Source: an uncultured Planctomycetaceae bacterium (lineage in GTDB: Bacteria; Planctomycetota; Planctomycetia; Pirellulales; UBA1268). From it: a stretch of DNA of 35,043 nt. The stretch covers positions 1-35,043 of the forward strand of contig CAISKG010000486.1 in NCBI GenBank assembly GCA_903885855.1. Direction: 5' to 3'. How positions within the stretch are numbered: the first letter of the stretch is position 1; every line of letters starts with the position of its first letter. The translations under genes were made by a program, and so were the position numbers. The notes below the pieces were generated by a model. It saw only the letters and a program-made list of their open reading frames with translations. It was not told the origin of the DNA and ran no database searches. Of the stretch, positions 31,313 through 35,043 are shown in pieces.

Positions 31313-32665
31313 GTGGGAACCGGCACCACCCTCGTGTTCGGCGAACGTTCCGACATCGGACGGCGCCGCTCCAGCAATCAGGACTCGTTGGCGGTCGCGC
31401 CACCGGCGAGCCCCCAGCAGTACCGCACCCGCGGCTGGCTGTTCCTCGTCGCCGACGGGATGGGGGCCCACGTGGCGGGCGAACGTGCCAGCCGGATCGC
31501 CGCCGAACAGGTGCCGCTGATCTACGAGAAGAACGCCTCCCGCTCCCCCCCGCTGGCCCTCAAGCGGGGCCTGGAGCAGGCCAACACCGAGATCCACACG
31601 CGCGGCCGCCAGCAGCCGGAATACCTCGGCATGGGAACGACGTGCACCACGCTCGCGATCCTCCCCCGCGGGGCGCTGGTGTGCCACGTGGGCGACAGCC
31701 GTGCCTACCGGCTGCGCGGCAACCGCCTCGAGCAGCTCACGCGCGACCACTCCGCCGTGTGGGAGCTCGAGGCCCAGGGGGGGCTGTCGCGCGAGCAGGC
31801 CGAGCGGGTGGTGGGCAAGAACGTCATCACCCGTTCCATGGGCCCCCATGCGAGCGTCGACGTCGACGTCGAGGGGCCGATCGGCGTGGAGGCCGGCGAC
31901 ACCTTCCTGCTGTGCAGCGACGGGCTCTCCGGGCAGGTGGCCGACGAGGAGATCGGCCTGTTCATGCGGGAGCTTCCGCCCCGCGACGCCTGTGCGGCGC
32001 TCGTCGGCCTGACGCTCGTGCGCGGCGCCCCTGACAACGTCTCGGTGATCGTCGCCCGCACCGGCGCCGAGGAGACGTCGGCCAGCACGGCGGGGGAGCC
32101 CCCGTGGCAGATCGACGACGACGGCGCCCCCGCCGCGGGCCCGACGGCCCCTCCCTGGCGGCTGCTGGGGATCGCGGCGGCGAGCCTGCTGGTGGCGCTC
32201 GTGCTCAGCCCGTGGGGCGACCTGGTGCGCAGCCTGCCCGATGCGGCCCGCGCGGTGTGCGTCGTGGGCAGTGCGGTGGCACTCCTGGTGATGCTCGCCA
32301 CGGTCGTGATGGCGATGGTGGCGTTCACCGTGCCCGGCGGCGGCGGGCGGGCCCTGGCGGCCGGCCACCGCCTCGGCCAGAGCCCCTACCGCACCTACGA
32401 TTGCACGCCGCGCGCGAGCCTGCTCGAGGGCGTGGTGGCCAGCGCCGAGCAGGCGGCCGACGGCCTCTCCCCGCCGGAGGCCGAGCGGATGCTCGCGGCG
32501 ACGGCCCTGGCCCGCAAATACGCGGCGGCGGGGAGCTTCCACGAGGCCACCGTGCGCGTGGCCGAGGCGATCGCCGTCTACGCGCGCTCGGTCGACGAGG
32601 CGCGCAGCGGCGAGACGATCCGCATGCAGGCCCCCCGCCCCGAATCCCACCCGGACGCCCGCTGA
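31313..32665 (+). CDS. PP2C-family Ser/Thr protein phosphatase with C-terminal two-TM hairpin
   Basis: SDIGRRRSSNQD, VADGMG, GMGTT, HVGDSRAY, LTRDHS, NVITRSMG, LLCSDGL and DNVSV, then two hydrophobic helices. Start GTG 31313 is inferred; a -10-like TAGAAT lies at 31243-31248. Confidence 0.92.
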   Translation: MGTGTTLVFGERSDIGRRRSSNQDSLAVAPPASPQQYRTRGWLFLVADGMGAHVAGERASRIAAEQVPLIYEKNASRSPPLALKRGLEQANTEIHTRGRQQPEYLGMGTTCTTLAILPRGALVCHVGDSRAYRLRGNRLEQLTRDHSAVWELEAQGGLSREQAERVVGKNVITRSMGPHASVDVDVEGPIGVEAGDTFLLCSDGLSGQVADEEIGLFMRELPPRDACAALVGLTLVRGAPDNVSVIVARTGAEETSASTAGEPPWQIDDDGAPAAGPTAPPWRLLGIAAASLLVALVLSPWGDLVRSLPDAARAVCVVGSAVALLVMLATVVMAMVAFTVPGGGGRALAAGHRLGQSPYRTYDCTPRASLLEGVVASAEQAADGLSPPEAERMLAATALARKYAAAGSFHEATVRVAEAIAVYARSVDEARSGETIRMQAPRPESHPDAR

Positions 32666-32678
32666 CCGGCGGACGACG

Positions 32679-33860
32679 ATGAAGATCCTCTCCCGCTACG
32701 TGCTGGTGGAGCTGCTCCAGGTGTTCCTGGTGGCCCTCTCCGCGCTCACGCTGTTCATGCTGGTGGTGGGGCTGGTGAAGGAGGCGCAGCAGCAGGGCCT
32801 GGGCCTCGTGCAGATCGCCCGGCTGGTCCCCTACGTGCTCCCGGAGGCGATGCGCTTCGCCGTCCCGGGCACCATGCTCTTCGCCGTGGCGAGCGTCTTC
32901 GGGCGGATGTCCGCCACCAACGAGATCACCGCCCTCAAGGCGGCCGGCGTCTCGCCCATGGCGGCGATGTGGCCCGCCTTCGCGCTGGCCGTCGCGGTGA
33001 GCCTGGTTTCGGTCTGGCTCAACGACGTGGCCGTGTCGTGGGGGCGCGACGGCGTGCGGCGCGTGGTCGTCTCGAGCGTCGAGGAGATCATCTACGGCCG
33101 CCTCCGGCAGCACCGCTCCTACAGCGCGCCGCACATCTCCATCAACGTCAAGCACGTCGAGGGGCGGACGCTCGTGCGCCCGACCCTCTCCTACCAGCCG
33201 GAGACGGGCGACGCCGTCACGGTGTCGGCGGCCTCGGCGGAGATGCGGGCCGACCCGTCGAAGGGGATCCTGGCGGTCACCTGCCGCGACGGCACCCTGC
33301 AGGTCGGCGACGTCAAGGCGGTGTTCCCCGACGAGATCACGCGCGAGATCGAGCTCGACACCCTGAGCCGCAAGGGCGCGGCGTCGACGAGCCCCTCGGA
33401 GATCGCGATGGCCGACTTCCCGGCCGCGGTCGCCGAGCAGCACCGCCGCATCCGCCAGTGCGAGGAGATCGCCGCCGCGAAGATCGCGCTGGCGACGCTC
33501 TCCGGCCGGCTCGACCTCACCGTGCCGGCGTACGTGGAGCCGGAGCGCGAGGCGGTGCGCCTCGAGACCGCGCGCCTCCACCGCATCGAGATGGAGCCCT
33601 GGCGCCGCTGGGCCAACGGCTTCAGCTGCCTGTGCTTCGTGCTCGTCGGCGCCCCGATGGCGATCCGGATGCGCAACGCCGACTTCCTCACCAGCTTCTT
33701 CATGTGCTTCCTCCCGATCCTCGTCGTCTACTACCCCGTCTTCATGGCGGGGGTGTCGCAGGCGAAGTCGGGCAGCGTCCCGCCGGTGGCGGTGTGGACC
33801 GGCAACGTGCTGGTCACGCTGTGGGGGATGTGGTTGATGCGTCGCGTGATCCGCACCTGA
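32679..33860 (+). CDS. LptF/LptG (YjgP/YjgQ) family permease
   Basis: [25 protein letters not shown] and [10 protein letters not shown]; 3 TM + periplasmic domain + 3 TM layout. Confidence 0.9.
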   Translation: MKILSRYVLVELLQVFLVALSALTLFMLVVGLVKEAQQQGLGLVQIARLVPYVLPEAMRFAVPGTMLFAVASVFGRMSATNEITALKAAGVSPMAAMWPAFALAVAVSLVSVWLNDVAVSWGRDGVRRVVVSSVEEIIYGRLRQHRSYSAPHISINVKHVEGRTLVRPTLSYQPETGDAVTVSAASAEMRADPSKGILAVTCRDGTLQVGDVKAVFPDEITREIELDTLSRKGAASTSPSEIAMADFPAAVAEQHRRIRQCEEIAAAKIALATLSGRLDLTVPAYVEPEREAVRLETARLHRIEMEPWRRWANGFSCLCFVLVGAPMAIRMRNADFLTSFFMCFLPILVVYYPVFMAGVSQAKSGSVPPVAVWTGNVLVTLWGMWLMRRVIRT

Positions 33861-33867
33861 CACGCAC

Positions 33868-33896
33868 GGCCCGACGCCCCGGCGGGGGCGCGGGCC
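33868..33896 (+). other. GC-rich intergenic stem-loop (12-bp stem, one bulge) without a U-tract
   Basis: GGCCCG-A-CGCCCC-ggcg-GGGGCG-CGGGCC, 7 nt after the lptF/G stop. Confidence 0.45.
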
Positions 33897-33919
33897 TCCC
33901 GCCGCGCCGGAGTGTCCCC

Positions 33920-34921
33920 ATGCCCCGCCCCGTGACGCTCTTCACCGGCCAATGGGCCGACCTGCCCCTGGCCGACGTGGCGCGCCGGGCGCGCGGCTTC
34001 GGCTACCAGGGCCTCGAGTTGGCCTGCTGGGGCGACCACTTCGACGTCGGCCGGGCCCTCGACGAGCCGGGCTACTGCACCCAGAAGCGCGACGAACTGG
34101 AGCGCCACGACCTGGCCGTCCACGCCATCTCCACGCACCTCGTCGGTCAGGCGGTGTGCGACCGCGTGGACGAGCGCCACCGCGCCATCCTCCCGGCCCA
34201 TGTCTGGGGCGACGGCGATCCCGCCGGGGTCAACCGTCGCGCGGCGGAGGAGGTGGCGCGCACGGCGCGGGCGGCGAAGAAGCTCGGCGTGGGGGTCGTC
34301 AACGGCTTCACCGGCTCCCCGATCTGGCACCTCCTCTATTCCTTCCCGCCGGTGCCGAAGGAGACGATCGACGCCGGGTTCGCCACCTTCGCGGCACGCT
34401 GGAATCCGATCCTCGACGTCTTCGCGGAGTGCGGCGTGCGTTTCGCGCTCGAGGTCCACCCCGCGGAGATCGCCTTCGACCTGGTGACCGCCGAGCGCGC
34501 CCTCGAGGCGCTCGGCCGGCGCGAGGAGTTCGGATTCAATTTCGACCCCAGCCATCTGCACTGGCAGGGGGTCGATCCGGTGCAGTTCATCCGCGCTTTC
34601 CCCGAGCGGATCTACCACGTGCACATCAAGGACGCCGCCACGACCCTCGACGGCCGCAGCGGGATCCTCGGCAGCCACCTCCCCTTCGGCGATCCGCGCC
34701 GGGGATGGGACTTCCGTTCACCGGGCCGGGGGGCGATCGACTTCGAGGCCATCGTCCGCGCGCTCAACCAGATCGGCTACCGCGGGCCGCTGTCGGTGGA
34801 ATGGGAGGATCCGGGGATGGACCGCGAGCAGGGCGCGGCCGAGGCCTGCCAGTTCGTCAAACACCTCGACTTCGCCCCGCCGGGCCGGGCCTTCGACGCG
34901 GCGTTCGCGGAGGAGTCGTGA
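33920..34921 (+). CDS. Sugar phosphate isomerase/epimerase (xylose isomerase-like TIM barrel, AP_endonuc_2 / IolE-like)
   Basis: [45 protein letters not shown] and LSVEWED. Confidence 0.9.
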   Translation: MPRPVTLFTGQWADLPLADVARRARGFGYQGLELACWGDHFDVGRALDEPGYCTQKRDELERHDLAVHAISTHLVGQAVCDRVDERHRAILPAHVWGDGDPAGVNRRAAEEVARTARAAKKLGVGVVNGFTGSPIWHLLYSFPPVPKETIDAGFATFAARWNPILDVFAECGVRFALEVHPAEIAFDLVTAERALEALGRREEFGFNFDPSHLHWQGVDPVQFIRAFPERIYHVHIKDAATTLDGRSGILGSHLPFGDPRRGWDFRSPGRGAIDFEAIVRALNQIGYRGPLSVEWEDPGMDREQGAAEACQFVKHLDFAPPGRAFDAAFAEES

Positions 34922-35043
34922 TGCGGGGCTCCCGCCGAGGATCGCCGTGCCGGCGGATCCTGCCCCTGGCGGCGGCGGCGGTGCTGTCGCTGTCGGTCGG
35001 GCCGGCGGCCGCCGACGACCCGCCGCGCCGGCCGCGCGTCACC
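34921..35043 (+). CDS. 5' end of a probable secreted protein (truncated)
   Basis: The ATG overlaps the preceding TGA; [35 protein letters not shown] is a Sec-like signal peptide. Confidence 0.65.
   Translation, partial: MRGSRRGSPCRRILPLAAAAVLSLSVGPAAADDPPRRPRVT

Noticed and set aside
28814-31377. Apparent long N-terminal extensions or fusions in the ORF track (PaaK-like, DUF971; also recQ, livF/G and the IolE-like gene)
   Set aside because: Artefacts of choosing the most upstream start. Family N-termini, ATGA overlaps and -10/RBS positions indicate downstream starts.

Overview
A very GC-rich bacterial chromosomal segment, most consistent with a Planctomycetota (Pirellulales-like) genome. 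The evidence is a giant PVC-type heme-binding CxxCH protein, a DUF1080 fusion and a PEGA lipoprotein; the taxonomy is an inference. About 26 CDS are supported. In order: a truncated collagen-like gene (missing from the ORF track), a PAP2 protein, recQ, a five-gene Liv-type (HAAT) ABC importer operon, rlmKL, an SGNH-DUF1080 fusion, a PfkB kinase, a 1381-aa LamG/propeller/cytochrome c/ThuA protein, an acyltransferase-3, carB, an ahpD-zincin-AAA operon, a PaaK-like/DUF971/SDR/cupin operon, a PEGA lipoprotein, a membrane PP2C, LptF/G, an IolE-like TIM barrel and a truncated secreted protein. No rRNA, tRNA, CRISPR array or mobile element was seen. The most unusual signal is the LivG-type ABC ATPase, which carries a ~175-aa insertion (TM helix, ~128-aa loop, TM helix) inside its nucleotide-binding domain. 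Also notable are several -10 boxes 6-7 nt from ATG starts (possible leaderless mRNAs) and two translationally coupled operons of unknown function. All calls come from reading motifs by eye; no database searches were run, and many starts were moved downstream of the ORF-track starts.
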